A program made the translations under genes and the position numbers. This document shows positions 27,209 through 39,720 of a stretch of 64,000 bases of DNA, in pieces. How positions within the stretch are numbered: position 1 is the stretch's first letter; each line of letters starts with the position of its first letter. This stretch comes from Utricularia gibba (Eukaryota > Plantae > Magnoliophyta): assembly GCA_002189035.1 (NCBI GenBank), contig NEEC01000015.1:2505515-2569514 (forward strand). Direction: 5' to 3'. The notes under the pieces are model-generated. The model searched no databases and had not been told where the DNA came from. It worked only from the letters and a program-made list of their open reading frames with translations.

Positions 27209-27936
27209 ATGGGGAGATCTCCGTGCTGCCCCAAAGTTGGACTCAGACGAGGTCCCTGGTCCACGAAGGAAGACGCTCTTCTTTCGAGCTACATTCAGCA
27301 GCACGGCGTGGGCCGATGGCGATCCCTTCCCGAGAAAGCCGGTTGGTCTACTTCTGATGTATTCAATTTTAAGATAATTGTTATAGTGGCGTGACAGTTG
27401 TATTGTGTGTCTGGGCAGGTCTGCTGCGCTGTGGGAAAAGCTGTCGGTTGCGGTGGATGAATTATCTCCGGCCGGGAATAAAGCGGGGCAACATGAGCGA
27501 GGCGGAGATCGATCTCATCCTGCGCCTCCACCGTCTCCTGGGGAACCGGTGGTCACTTATAGCGGGGCGGATCCCGGGTCGAACTGACAATGAGATTAAA
27601 AACTACTGGAACACGCATCTCCACAAGAAGACGACCACGTCGCCATCCAGACACAAGGAGTTCGTGAAACCAGAAGGTGGACGCAATAGCATCAGTAGCA
27701 GCAAGAATGATAACAGTGCCACTCAGGGGACGAAAATTTACGCCCCAAAGGCGATTAGGATTTGCGCCTCAACCAGCGTCAAAAAATTGCAGCCGTCACC
27801 GCCGCCGCCGCAGCCGCCAGTGGAAGTTGAAGAGGCGGATTTACTGGGGCTGGGTTGGGGAATGCCGCCGGAATGCGCCGGCGACGAGAGAATGCTGGGG
27901 AAGGTGTACGACGAGTATCTGCAGCTTCTGTATTAA
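27209..27936 (+). CDS. R2R3-MYB, MYBPA1/TT2-like (subgroup 5-related), one intron (27342-27418)
   Basis: [17 protein letters not shown]...[15 protein letters not shown], bHLH-interaction signature [30 protein letters not shown] and [13 protein letters not shown] resemble MYBPA1 motifs. TATA CTATAAAT near 27142. Confidence 0.9.
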
Positions 27937-29001
27937 TGGACCTCGTCCTTTCGCTTTTCGCATTATCATTCATTAGTAATATCATTACACCATTTTAAAA
28001 AAATATTTCCAAATATGGCAAACTTGAATACAACTATTTAAATTTTATGGAATATTAAAATTTCGAATTTTTAAAACAAGATATGTTCAAAACTTTGAAT
28101 TTAAATTTTGAATATTACTAAAAAAATGTAAAATTAAATTAAAAATGGACTAATTTGCTCATAAGTCACTGAATTTTCAAATCGATTTTCCAGAAATACA
28201 TTGTATTTGATTAGTAATACTTTAAGATAATTTTAATAAATAAATTCAAAAAAATTTTAATCAAAAAAATGTTTGGAATCTTTTACTCATTAAAATATAA
28301 TTTTTATTTCTTTTTATTATAAGGGGTACTTTATATAGATGAAGAAATAAAGTGTATGAAATATAATATTTTATAGTTCCTTTTATTCAAATATCGAAAA
28401 TCGTCTGCTGATAACAATCCGCCGGAGAGATGCTACGCCACCACCCACAAGCGTCGCCGACTCCTTGGATTCCGATTCGCAACGGTAAGCTTCTGAAAGT
28501 GTGTAATTGAGCTACCCGTGTTAGTATCTCTAGGGTTCGGAAATCTGAAGTTCTCGTTAAGACTCAAGTACTTGCTTTTCTGAAAAAAGAAAAGAAACCG
28601 TTAGTATAGTATTTATCCGTCGGAACCGAATGTATGCTCTGGGCGTCTCGTTGGCGAGCTTTTTTCTTGATTCTTTATCAATTGGCGGTAAATACTCTGC
28701 TTCATGTATTGGATGCTCGCGTAAACATTCAGGAGCTGGGGTTGGCGCATTGGAATTTAAATCCGCTCAAGTCCCGCGTCCAAGGTCATCCCTCTGCGAG
28801 CTCAAGGTTTCGTTTTTTTTTTCTTTTTCTACGGATGAAAAAATGATATCAATTGCAACCCAGCTGTTTTCAAATTGAAATGCTTGCTGTACTTCCTTGT
28901 TTTGCAAATAAACCGGAAACACCGCTCCAAGCACATAACTTTATTCCATTGTTTGCATGTTTATCCCGCCGCATTTGATGTATTTCGCTTCTAGATAGTC
29001 A

Positions 29002-30505
29002 ATGGTTAGTCAAGAGGACGATAGCAAAAGATTGCCTCTTACTGGGTTTAAGTGGCGGGTGGTAATCTCATATGATGGAACTCGCTATTCAGGTTCTCGT
29101 CCTTCAGTTGGTTTTCTCCTTCCCCTCTTTCTGTGCGCTTTCTTGCGTACCTACTTTCACCATACTTGCTGAATCATCCTTGTCTTTCGTGTATCTGTGA
29201 TCTTCTACATAACTTTTGGTTAGCCTAATTACACATTTTTTCCTCTTTTATTATGTTTGGTGCAATCTCTGCAAGTTTTTATGGGCATTGTGGTTTCAAC
29301 GTGTACTATCTTTATGCTTTTTCACTAGTGAATGATTGAAGCTTGCCTTGAAGTTGGAACTTTATCTTGTGGTGTCCTTCACAACTCACATACTTTTTTG
29401 TATAGTTAAAAATCTTCGGTAAGTATGATGATTAAGGTTTTGTAATGTAGGATGGCAGTATCAGCAGTCAACACCAACAATACAATGCATTCTGGAAGAA
29501 GCCTTGACTCAGATTACGAAATTAAGGCGGCATCAACTGTGTTTGGTTGGAGCAGGCCGCACAGATGCTGGGGTGCATGCTTGGGGTCAGGTCTGTTCAT
29601 GGTTAACAATCTCACTATTCATAAAAAAAAAAAAAAAAGAAGAAGATGCAAACATGGCCTTCCTTCCCAGGTGGCTCACTTCATCACACCATTCAACTAC
29701 CATAGCTTGGATGAAATTCACAAGGCATTGAATGGAATTCTGCCCCCTGATATAAGAATCCGAGAAATAAGATCTGTGGTACCTGATTTCCATGCCCGGT
29801 TTTCTGTTAAAAGCAAGATTTATACTTACAAGATATACAATGATACTGTCATGGATCCATGCCTCAGAAACTATGTTTATCATAGCGTCTACAATCTCAA
29901 TCCATCTGCAATGAGGGATGCTGCTAAACATTTTGTTGGAATTCATGACTTCTCTGCTTTTGCTAATGCTTCTCGCAATGATCGCACCCCAAATCCCGTG
30001 AAGAATATCCTTTGCTTCGATTTGTATGAAATGGTATGCCTCAACCCCAGTAATCTCCACTACTTTTCGTTTATGCATGAAGCTATGCAAATGAGATGGC
30101 ATCAATGTTTCCCAGGGGCCTGTTTTGCAGCTGCATGTTGAAGGTTCGGGTTTTTTGTATAGACAAGTTCGTAACATGGTAAAATTTGTAACCTGTTTGG
30201 CTGCTTTCTCGTTTGGAGTTTTCTTACGAAAATCTTATCCCCCATTTCTTCTTATTCTCCTACAGGTAGCCTTGTTGCTTCAAGTAGGAAGGGAAGCAGT
30301 TCCACCTTGCATTGTTTCTGAAATTCTGGAATCTCGGGATCGGAAGGAGCTTGCAAAATATGCCTTCTCTGTCCCCCCTCACGGTCTTTGTCTTCACTCA
30401 ATCAGATATAATGAAGATCATCTTCGCTTTCCACCGGATTCTCCAGCAGCTAGTGTGGGCAGGCCTCATACGATTACCAAGTGTAAGCTTCCTCATTTCG
30501 GCTAG
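29002..30505 (+). CDS. tRNA pseudouridine synthase A (TruA-like), multi-exon; 5' end uncertain
   Basis: WRVVISYDGTRYS|GWQ, GAGRTDAGVHAWGQ (catalytic RTD), FHARFS, HDFSAF, VEGSGFLYRQVRNM, PPHGLCL. Confidence 0.93.
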
Positions 30506-30839
30506 TTCTTGCTGCAATGTGTGACCTTTTTAAGTACATGATCTTTACCATTTGTCAGTCCCCCGGAAACGGACTCCTGTTGTGTGATAAACATACACAA
30601 AATTGAACCAGAGAGTTCTAAATAGATGCAAAGGCACCCTTTCCAGTATTGCTGTTATCCATAACATTAATGATAAACCACTGTAGAAACCGGACGGTTC
30701 TCAGTGAATGCAACATGGAAATGTGGGAAACAGAAAGTTTCTGAATGAAGTTTCAGACGGTTCACTAGATGGTTTCTTCTACTGAGTATCCATCTTTCCC
30801 ATTATTGTGCTGCTAATCAGGACAGCAAGCAGCATCATC

Positions 30840-33490
30840 CTATGAACACTGTAAGTCCAAGCTCTCAGACCATCCATACGCCTCCAGGAATGCCAATACT
30901 ACGCCGTTGGTCCAACCAAACCCAGTCTTCAACAAACAACAGCAAAACAAGGAGATTGTGAAGTTGGCCATTTTGTTAATTCATTGCATGTAGTATGTTA
31001 TTTTTGTTGAGATGAAAAGGTAGGCACGTACTTGGGGTATATACTCGCCACCACCGCCATATTCACCACATTTCCGAACGTCGTACTTCTCATGCATCAC
31101 TCCTGTCTTCTTGTAAGCAGCATAGTTTGTCCTGATCCATTTGTTGGCAATGTCTTTAGCCATGGCCCTTGCTGTTTCTGATCCAGTTTTCCACAGCCCC
31201 TCCACGATCACGTGCTGAAGAGGTGCCCATCCATTAGGAAAATCCCTGCGAATGGTAACAGGATCAAACAAAAAAGCCATCACAGCACAAGTTTCTGTGC
31301 AATTGGAGTACCATTGTTGACCAGAGTTTATCAGAGAAGTTGCAATTCCGGCAGGGCAGATAAGGCCTGAGCTGTCCAGAGCACTAACGACTTTCTTCAC
31401 AATCTTGTCATCTTCATAGTCAAACAGATGATATTACAAAGTAAATTACATAAAGCATTCAGATTTAAGAAACCTGAGTGGAATGGCTGAATCCACAAGG
31501 GTATGAAGTTGGATGCAAAACTCTCGCGGTTCTGTCCCGATTCTTCCCACTCATGAACCTTCTTTTTTAAGGCAAGGGAGATTGATAAAAAACAGTAACC
31601 AACAAAAGGGTGTAGATTTGATGAAACACCGTCACCTTTTCGGGTTTGAATCAGTCAACCAGTAATCTAGCCACTGTCCCATTTCGGAATTCCACAGAAT
31701 AGAATCGATAGCCAGTTTCCTAGCCTTGGCAGCCTTCATGAAATGTGAAGCTGTGGTAGCATCTCCGGTAGTCTTTGCCAGTGAAACTATGTCAATTTCC
31801 ATCTGGAATTCATTAAAAAAAACATAACGAATCAAGCAATCAGATCAGCTCTCTATGCAGGAGGTTTCCTTATTTTACCTTGAGAATGAAAGCATTCAAA
31901 TCTACAGGTATGATTGATGTTGTAGCAAGAGTGGCAAGATCAGAGTCATTCCTGCAAAGATGGGCGACCCACAGAAGGATACAATATTACTTGGTTTCCA
32001 GACACCTTATACACATGAAACGGAGTAGTAGACTCAAGTAAATATTGAACAACACCTCATCCATCTGGAGCTGAAGTCCCACCCTGATTCAGCAGCAGAT
32101 GCAATGTTACGATATAAACAACTTCTGTCGGTCTCATTCAAGACTTTTCCAGCTGTTTCCTCGTCCTGAGCGACAAATTAGTTGATCTTCAAACAAGCAG
32201 AAGAGAAAAATAAACACTTCTTCTTTGAAATGGGAGTTCTTACATGAGTTGCAGACTCAGGGCGAGGCTGGTTCCACATGGCATTATATCGACTTAGCCT
32301 GTGAGTCGACCCTTGTGCATCCCGAATAACCAGCTCGTGAAACCCTTCAAATGAAGAAACAATTCAAGGATGAAAAAACCCCAATAGATGTACCAGTAAA
32401 AACACCAGGCATTCAAAAACTAGTACCAGATGTCCAAAACTCGTGTTCTTTTATCAGTAATGGAAGTGATTTCATCACCAGTTCGACGTCTCCAGTTCGA
32501 GTATATACATCCATAACCATTGAGCTCAGCAGGGGAGGTTGGCTTACAGATAATGAGACAATGATGGCATTTTTCATCGTGATGGATAGATTAAAATCAC
32601 AGAAGTTGTGGAGAACACCTCAAAAATTACCTTCTGTTGGTATAGTAGATCCGAGCACCATTGAGAACATGGCCATATCTTTCAATCAACGAAAGGAGAT
32701 TGTATACTATTCCCTTTGCTGTTTCACACATCTTGCTCGCTAGCAAACCCCTAATCACCACAAAAACTCATAAAATTATCACTTGGTCATCTGGTCACAA
32801 CACGGGTCATCAAGAAACACAAAGTTTCTTTTTTGTGTTTGTATATCGCTAAATTCATCTGTGGAGAAAATTTTGAAACCGGGAGCTCTCTTTAACTAAA
32901 TAAAAGAAGCATCCAAGATCGCCTATAAATCACCTGATTACCCAGTAAGAGTCCCAGTAGTAGACTTCGCGGAATCTGGATCCGGGCACGATTCCTGTGT
33001 TATCTAAAGGAATCAGCGTGTAAGATTCCGGATTCTCAAGAACCCGATTTGAAGTCCTCCGGCTCAGGCTCTTCCAGAGCCCATGCAACTCGAGGGCCCA
33101 ATTGCGAACCTTAATGTTCTCAACTTCCGGCAAGAAATCAGCGGGTTCCTCCACGAAATCCACCGGTTCCGCCGCCTCCAGTCCATCCTCTGGTTCGCCA
33201 AAATACTCTCCAATGAACTTGCTCAGTGCCCCTTCCTCAAAGCCACTACTTTCGCTCAACTGAAGCTCGTCGAATGCGGCAGCTGTCGTGGCAAGGCTTC
33301 GCTTAAGCGACAGGTCCACGTAGAGCTTGGGGTCGAAGTCATTGTCCCCACCGTACGTTCGGTACGCCGCCCCCTGAAGCCGCTCAAGAAATTCAACGAG
33401 TGGCGACGCCGCCACGACGGGGCCGTCGTTGGCCGAACATACGACGGATGTGAGCGAAAGGATTGGAAGAAGCATTTCTGCCATTTCCAT
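30840..33490 (-). CDS. TRE1: Trehalase (GH37), multi-exon
   Basis: FDPKLYVDL, VPGSRFREVYYWDSYWVIR, NGARIYYTNR, PRPES, ESGWDFSSRW, QHVIVEGL, EKYDV, GGGGEYIPQ|TGFGWTNGVVL. Confidence 0.96.
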
Positions 33491-34407
33491 AGGCAATGAA
33501 TGAACAAGTATCCCTCTGGATACTGTTTAATCTGACCAGACGAACCTCGACAACCTGCATGGACCACCAATCGTGGAAGTTTCTACTTTTGAGTACTAAA
33601 ATACACAACGTGTCGGTGAGATACGGACTTATTCGGGCCGCACTGTTCTTATAGGCCCAACTATAAAATGGGCCAAGAAAATGTAAAAGAGGCTCACGAA
33701 TGATGAAGAACAACCATAACGTTGAAATATTCAATCCCCTAGATATATGAAAACATGAAATTTGGCTTCACGGCACCGGCGGCTGATTCTAGAGCTTATA
33801 ACATGATTTTAAATTCCATCATCCAAAATTTATACATATGGGTAATAAGGGTGATTGCGAAATTCGGTATTTCAATCGAAATCTGAAATCCGAAATTTTG
33901 TCGAATTTCAAACATTGGTTTATGAACGCAAGGGAGCTAAGAAGTGTAGTGATATAAACATAGGGAGGGAGGGGTTCCCACATGGTATATTTTTAATCGT
34001 GTGCAACACACGAATTAATCATAGATTTAAAGGTAAAGTGCACAAAGTCTTCGTCTATGGTCGACTAGTCTACACTACCGGAATTGTTGAGGTTGCCTCC
34101 AAGACTGTGACAAAAGAGCAGCAGCAGCAGGCCTTGAAAATCTACGCGTTCAGACACACTTTTGACGTCGGGGCGTCCAAGAATGGGACCTGCGACGTGT
34201 GGGAGGGCCGACATGCCCATGAAATTCCGGAATTAATGCTCGAATAGCGGCCCATCAAGAAGACTCAATGGAAAGTCTCGACGTGTGGGCCCAACCGCCA
34301 ACGCCCAGTAGAATTCCAGTGCTTGAATACTATATAATTGTGACTCCCGGGAGGTTTGTTTGCAGCGGCGAGGAGGAAAGGGGAAGTTGGTGTGGAGGAG
34401 GAAGAAA

Positions 34408-34971
34408 ATGGCTGCTGCTTCGTCTTTCCCTTTGCTCCTTTGCTTCTTCTGCATTTTTGGTATTGCAGCGGCGTCGCAGTCAAGCTTCATCGTTCAATCG
34501 TGCCGCGCCACGAGATACCCGATCATCTGCGTGCGATCACTGCTCAGCCATTCCTCCGCCATACAGAGGAATCCGCAGCAAATCGCCTCCGCCGCTCTTG
34601 CCGTCAGTTTGCAGACAGCCCAATCGGCGGAGGTGTTCATTTCGAAATTGGCGAAGCTCCCTGGGCTGAAGCCACAGGAACGTGCCGCCGCGCGGGATTG
34701 CGTGGAACTGCTGGCGGATAGCAAGGATCGGCTGAGCAAATCGATCGAGGAGATGAAGATCGCCGGGCGGGTCAAGGGATCCGAGCTGTCGTGGAGGATG
34801 AGCAATGTGCAGACGTGGGTCAGTACCGCGCTCACGGATTATAACACTTGTATGGATGGGTTTTCGGGTCGAGCTTTGGATGGCCGGCCGAAGAGATCCG
34901 TGCAGGCGTGGATGCTGAACACCGTTCGTGTCACCAGTAACGCCCTTGCGCTCTGCAATCGCCACTATTGA
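34408..34971 (+). CDS. Pectin methylesterase/invertase inhibitor (21-kDa protein-like), secreted
   Basis: Signal peptide, SCRATRYPIICVRSL, ARDCVELL, SNVQTWVSTALTDYNTCMDGF, TSNALAL. Several ACGTG (ABRE/G-box) cores and a TATA (~34328) upstream. Confidence 0.93.
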   Translation: MAAASSFPLLLCFFCIFGIAAASQSSFIVQSCRATRYPIICVRSLLSHSSAIQRNPQQIASAALAVSLQTAQSAEVFISKLAKLPGLKPQERAAARDCVELLADSKDRLSKSIEEMKIAGRVKGSELSWRMSNVQTWVSTALTDYNTCMDGFSGRALDGRPKRSVQAWMLNTVRVTSNALALCNRHY

Positions 34972-35262
34972 GGTGGTGTTTTCCGTTTTCCTTTGCTTAG
35001 TTGCACCGGCGGTGCTGTAATCGGGCCCTCATCCACAGAGACCCTTACCAAGATAGGAATATATATGTAATCAAAAGTGATTCAGGAAAACCATACCCAA
35101 GTTCTGAGGAAATTAATGAAAACAAGAGTTGGGATGTCAAACAAGAACACAAATCCGCAGAAAATGCAGACTGAAGTTACTGGACGTTACCAGCAACTCT
35201 ACGCAGTCTCTCCTGATAAAAGAGGAAGCATAAATGGAGGAGAAACAAACACAACATACTGC

Positions 35263-36714
35263 TCAACTCGCCTCTTCTTCAAGCATGTGAACAACCTCAG
35301 CAACACCAGCAGCAAGCTCCTTGTTGATTGTGGGATCCGGCATGTTGAATGTTCTCCTCCGGACTGAAAGATACTTCCCAGTAGGCTGTGGATCCACGAT
35401 GTCGAGAATCGTCTCAAGCTCGTCCACCATCGATTTTTTAGCAGCTCGGACCATCAGATCAGCACCCTGATTCAAAGACAAATGTCTCGCTCACGTTTAG
35501 TAGTTTAAAGTTTGAACATGAAGCAGCAAATGTGTTGTTTAATTGTGTTACCTCAATGGCGTCAACGGTGAGAAGCAAGACGATGATCTTTTCAGAAAAC
35601 CGCTGGCGCTCTTCAGCATCCTTCACGAGACGGCGACGGTAAGTGAAGTTGTTGAAGAAAGATCTGATCTCCTTCAACTTGTTCTTGGCTATAGCAAGTT
35701 CCCTTAATGCACGTAGCGCCTGAGACCTCCGGATAAGGTAAGCCCTGAATGTCCTCTGAATCAGAGCTGCTGAATCTTGCAGAGATAGTTCTTTCACGGT
35801 GCCCCTTCTCTTAACAAAAGCCTGCCATTTATTTCAAAACCATCCAAACGTCAAGCTTCAAGCGCCATACCAACAAATTACGCACAAAATCTCAGTAATG
35901 CAATTTCTATATGAATCAACACCAGATCTAGATATTTCTAAAGCGGCGAATTTTCGCAATGAATCATAGATCTCAATGGCAGGAATTTCCCACATATTTG
36001 CTTGCACGAAAGCAGAAAAGCTAAAGAAAAAGGAGGAACCTTTCTCAGAACAATGGCTCCATGTCTTGAAGGCTCTTCAATCTCAATGAGACGAGCAGTA
36101 GAGGTAGAAGCTACTGCTTTCCCTTTCTCCTTCGACTTGTCAACTTTCTTCTTCTCTTTACTGCCCTTCCCTTCGGTTAACTCGACGGTGTAGGTGTGTT
36201 CAATGGGTAAACCGCCAGCGCTCTTCCCTTTGATCTCAGCGGTCCATTTAACATTCCCTTTCTTCCCATCCTTAATTTCCCTTGCCAATTTGTACTTCCG
36301 CTCCTTCTCCGGGCCCTTAAACTCCGCCGTCCAAGTGTACTTCCTATCTAGAGGCTTCTCCTCCGCCAAAACCAAACGATCAAAGCCCAGCTCCAAAGCT
36401 GAAACCCTATCGCTCAAGGCTCGTAAATATAAATCTTCAGGGGCAGCAAATCTGCGAGCCCCTACGCGGAGGGTGGTCCGGTGAAACGGCGTTTCGTCGA
36501 TCCGAATCAGATCGGTTATAGTCTCCAAGTCATCAACCAAAACCGAGCGCTTGGATGGGAAGCTGAGCAGATCTAGAGCGTAGTCGAGCTCGTCTACAAT
36601 GGCGCTCGACTGGAAAAAGGGGTTCGAAACTAAAACTCTCGGCGCTGCAAAAACGGAAGCTGTTTCGCGAAGAGTATAGAATGGAGAGTACTCTACAAGC
36701 TCAAATCTTCCCAT
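35263..36714 (-). CDS. BAG7: BAG family molecular chaperone regulator 7, 3 exons
   Basis: DRKYTWTAEFKG, IQ-like LIQRTFRAYLIRRSQALRALRELAIAK, RQRFSEKIIVLLLTVDAIE|GADLMVRAAKKSMVDELE. Confidence 0.93.
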
Positions 36715-37273
36715 TCTGCGAAATCGCACTTCAACAAAGCGCCTTTCCGATGTGGATAAAGAGAGGGTAGAAGACGATGATCTCGTCAAAACAAAGAAAT
36801 CTCTCAAGGCCAGCCCCGGCTGATTATAGGGGGCGCAGCTGGAATTCCAGTAAAAAACTAGGGGTAAATGCGTCATCCCTGGTTCCAATAGTGAGGTCAA
36901 TGATTGCGTTTGTGTTTCGCCGCGGTTTTGAAATAAACATATTTGGACGAAAAAGGGCCTATTGATTACGGATTAAGGATTTCCCTTTTTTATTATTTAA
37001 TAAAATTTGGATATCCACGACAAAAAGAGATTGATTCCCTTTGCAGGCGCATGTGATTTCTGCGCAGTACAGTAAGTCTATTTAATCCAAAAAATAATAA
37101 TTTTATCGGACGTTCATGGACCACCGTCCAGGTGACCCAAAATCAGCCCAATCAAACACAAGCCCAGAAATATAAACCAATTAGCGGCAACCCCGCCCGC
37201 CTCTTTCAACAGTACGGATCGCGATTCTTCAACTAGTCTCTACCATCGAGCGCCTTCCTCCCGATTCTTCAAG

Positions 37274-38487
37274 ATGAGCTCTGAAAATGGGGTTGGAACC
37301 TCCATTCCATTGTCTTCCAAGAAATCGGAGAAGCGTAGAGGCTAGAGGTATTTGTTTTTCCTTATTTTCTATGATTTCAGACGTATTCAAAATCGACGCC
37401 TCGGATCAGTACTTCTGTGATGAATCTGTTTCGCTTTTGAATGAAGGTCCTTAGAACATCTGGTATATTGTTTTTGCTCACGCATTGCTCTTCCTAGATG
37501 TTCGTTTCTTTTGTATATTCTTTGATTGTTTAATGTTCGGATCATGTCAATTCTTATAGTTCTTGGCGTGACGCGTATTCTGATCGGCCTGAGCTACTTG
37601 TCTACTTCTGATTATGTGAATCTCTACATAATCTTCTGTCTCTCCATGTGAATAGTTTTAAAACTTTAGACTACGCTATTCTGAGGTTTCTACACTTGAA
37701 TGTTCTTGGATACATTGTTCAGATGCTGTTTGTTGTGCACTTTTAGATGGATTTCAATGTCTGTAATGTTGGATTTCTATACTTGTAGGATGCATCTCCG
37801 CAAGTGTTCAAGATCGTCATGAAGTGAACGGGAAGAGGATTGAATTTATTCAGGATGACAAGCACAGCGAAGAGGCGCGCATCCCGAACTCAAATCCCGA
37901 TGATCTTTTTATTTCATTTCGATTTCCTACTCTATTTGAATTGGGGGTGGACAACTTGATGAGAGTATTCCTCGAAGTTTCCTCCAACAACACTTTGAAT
38001 GAAGTATCCTTCTGTTTCGAAGGGTTGCATGCAGTGCAGCAGTTGAACTAGCAAGAGGGTCTCCTGGTGTGGACGAGAACAGCAGCATTTCCAGCATTTC
38101 AAAAGTTATATGGAAGGATTGAAACCGACATCCAGAAGCACGACAAGATTAACGTGGAAATCGGAGCAACTACAAGTATAACCCCTATAGATTCAATGTC
38201 ATAAAGGATCTGGTGATGTCAACAACATGGATAGGGAGGAACAATGACTCCCAAGGAATGTCTGGCTGCCTTCTCATTCCTATTGCGTAATCACCTTGTA
38301 CCTCACCAGGCCAAGGTAACTTACTCCAACTATTGATTCAGAGGGTGTCACTAGTGCATAAATGTCTATGATTCGTTGGTACGCAGGCCTCTGGAAGACC
38401 CTGCATAACTCTATTGGACCATCATCACCCATTGGTTAACTCAGAACGCACAGAACGTTAAAAACCGTTGCTGCTGCTTTGCGAAAG
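37274..38487 (+). pseudogene. Unidentified decayed spliced gene-like relic
   Basis: ATG 37274 behind site-II-rich promoter. Canonical splice sites (GT 37348, AG 37788, intron 38316-38386, GT 38488), but in-frame stops in every frame. Confidence 0.35.
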
Positions 38488-38646
38488 GTAAAACCCATTA
38501 GCCAACACAGGTAATGTAACGTGATAAGTTAGGTATCTATTTCACATTAGCCATGTACTGCAACAAGTAATGAAGTCAACTATCAGTAACTAGTGCCTAG
38601 TATTTGCGATCTAAAGAAAGAATCTAATGCTCAGCATCAGAAACTC

Positions 38647-39180
38647 TCAAGTAGGAGGAAGAAGAAACAGAGAAGCATCTGGAAAAGCAGAGAAGTGGGC
38701 GTTGATTGGAGAGAGTAACTGCACACCCAAGATGGCTCCAATCATTACTCCGAAACTGAAAACCGCGCAATACTTGTGAAAACCATGGCACCTTGGCCTT
38801 TTCGACTCCGCTGCCGCTGCAGCCGCTTCGGCATTATCCTCCACGCTAGAAGAATTCGGGCTGCACGGTTCCGTAGCGTCTTCGGTTTGGAGGTTGTGTA
38901 TGCAAGCGGTGCAAACAGTGGTTGAATCTTCGGAACTCGGCGAGTCATGACGATGATCGCTCCGATCCACAAACGCGGCCTTCAGAACGGCGATACGATG
39001 CCCAATCTCGTGAAACTGGTCGCAATTATCCGGCCGCGATGTGATTTCGGCGGCAAGGATTTTTTCAAGGAAGGAGAAGCGCTGCTCCAAGTCGCTGGCG
39101 TCGGTGGTGGTGCAGCGTACTCCGAGTTGGCATTCGAGTTCGTCGAGTTTCCTCTCCAAGATTCTCGTTTTGTTCCCCAT
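38647..39180 (-). CDS. Plant-specific protein with N-terminal coiled coil and C-terminal transmembrane segment (tail-anchored; resembles proteins annotated DUF610-like)
   Basis: Intronless, ATG 39180. LERKLDELE, LEQRFSFLEKILAAEI, TM segment AVFSFGVMIGAILGV, ends PPT*. Confidence 0.7.
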   Translation of the reverse strand: MGNKTRILERKLDELECQLGVRCTTTDASDLEQRFSFLEKILAAEITSRPDNCDQFHEIGHRIAVLKAAFVDRSDHRHDSPSSEDSTTVCTACIHNLQTEDATEPCSPNSSSVEDNAEAAAAAAESKRPRCHGFHKYCAVFSFGVMIGAILGVQLLSPINAHFSAFPDASLFLLPPT

Positions 39181-39400
39181 CGTTTTCTTCGTTACTCTTC
39201 CGGCAGTTCGCAGCACTTATTCTCAACAGTTGAATATATTGACCGTCGATTTGCCGCGACGGTTCCTCTTCATGATTCTCGTTTTGCTCCCCATCGTTAT
39301 CTTCGATATTCTTTTGGGCAGTTTGCAGTTATTAGGGTGCCGACTGCCGATGCAACCTTTTCAAAATCTTGACCATCGATTCAACTGCCGCGACGGTTCC
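39150..39400. repeat. Imperfect tandem duplication (period ~114-130 bp) spanning the start of the tail-anchored gene
   Basis: TTCCTCT..GATTCTCGTTTTG.TCCCCATCGTT.TCTTCG at ~39150 and ~39263. TTGACC.TCGATT..GCCGCGACGGTTCC at ~39239 and ~39369. Confidence 0.8.
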
Positions 39401-39720
39401 ATCTACCGACCCAATCCGTACAACTGTAGCCCAGCCCAGCCCAGTACAACAAAGATCAAGATTTTCTTACTTGTTGAATATTATTTCAGAGTAAGGTTAC
39501 ATGGGTTTTCACAATTCAATAATTATTTTTTTTAATTTTCAAAAAAATGAAAAATCAATTAAAAAAATCTCCTATTAAAAATATCTACGTTCGGATTTTT
39601 ATCACTTAACGAGTACATCGACACACCCCACTCGACACAAACATCAGATCTTCAAAGTGCAGACTTCTGAGTAATTAATTAATCCACCAAGCCTTCCTTA
39701 TCAGGAGCGCCGGAATCAAC

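Noticed and set aside
28430-29065. Upstream ATG (28430) forming an overlapping uORF on the TruA gene
   Set aside because: An alternative acceptor a few bases downstream would put this ATG in frame as an N-terminal extension. It cannot be resolved without junction reads.
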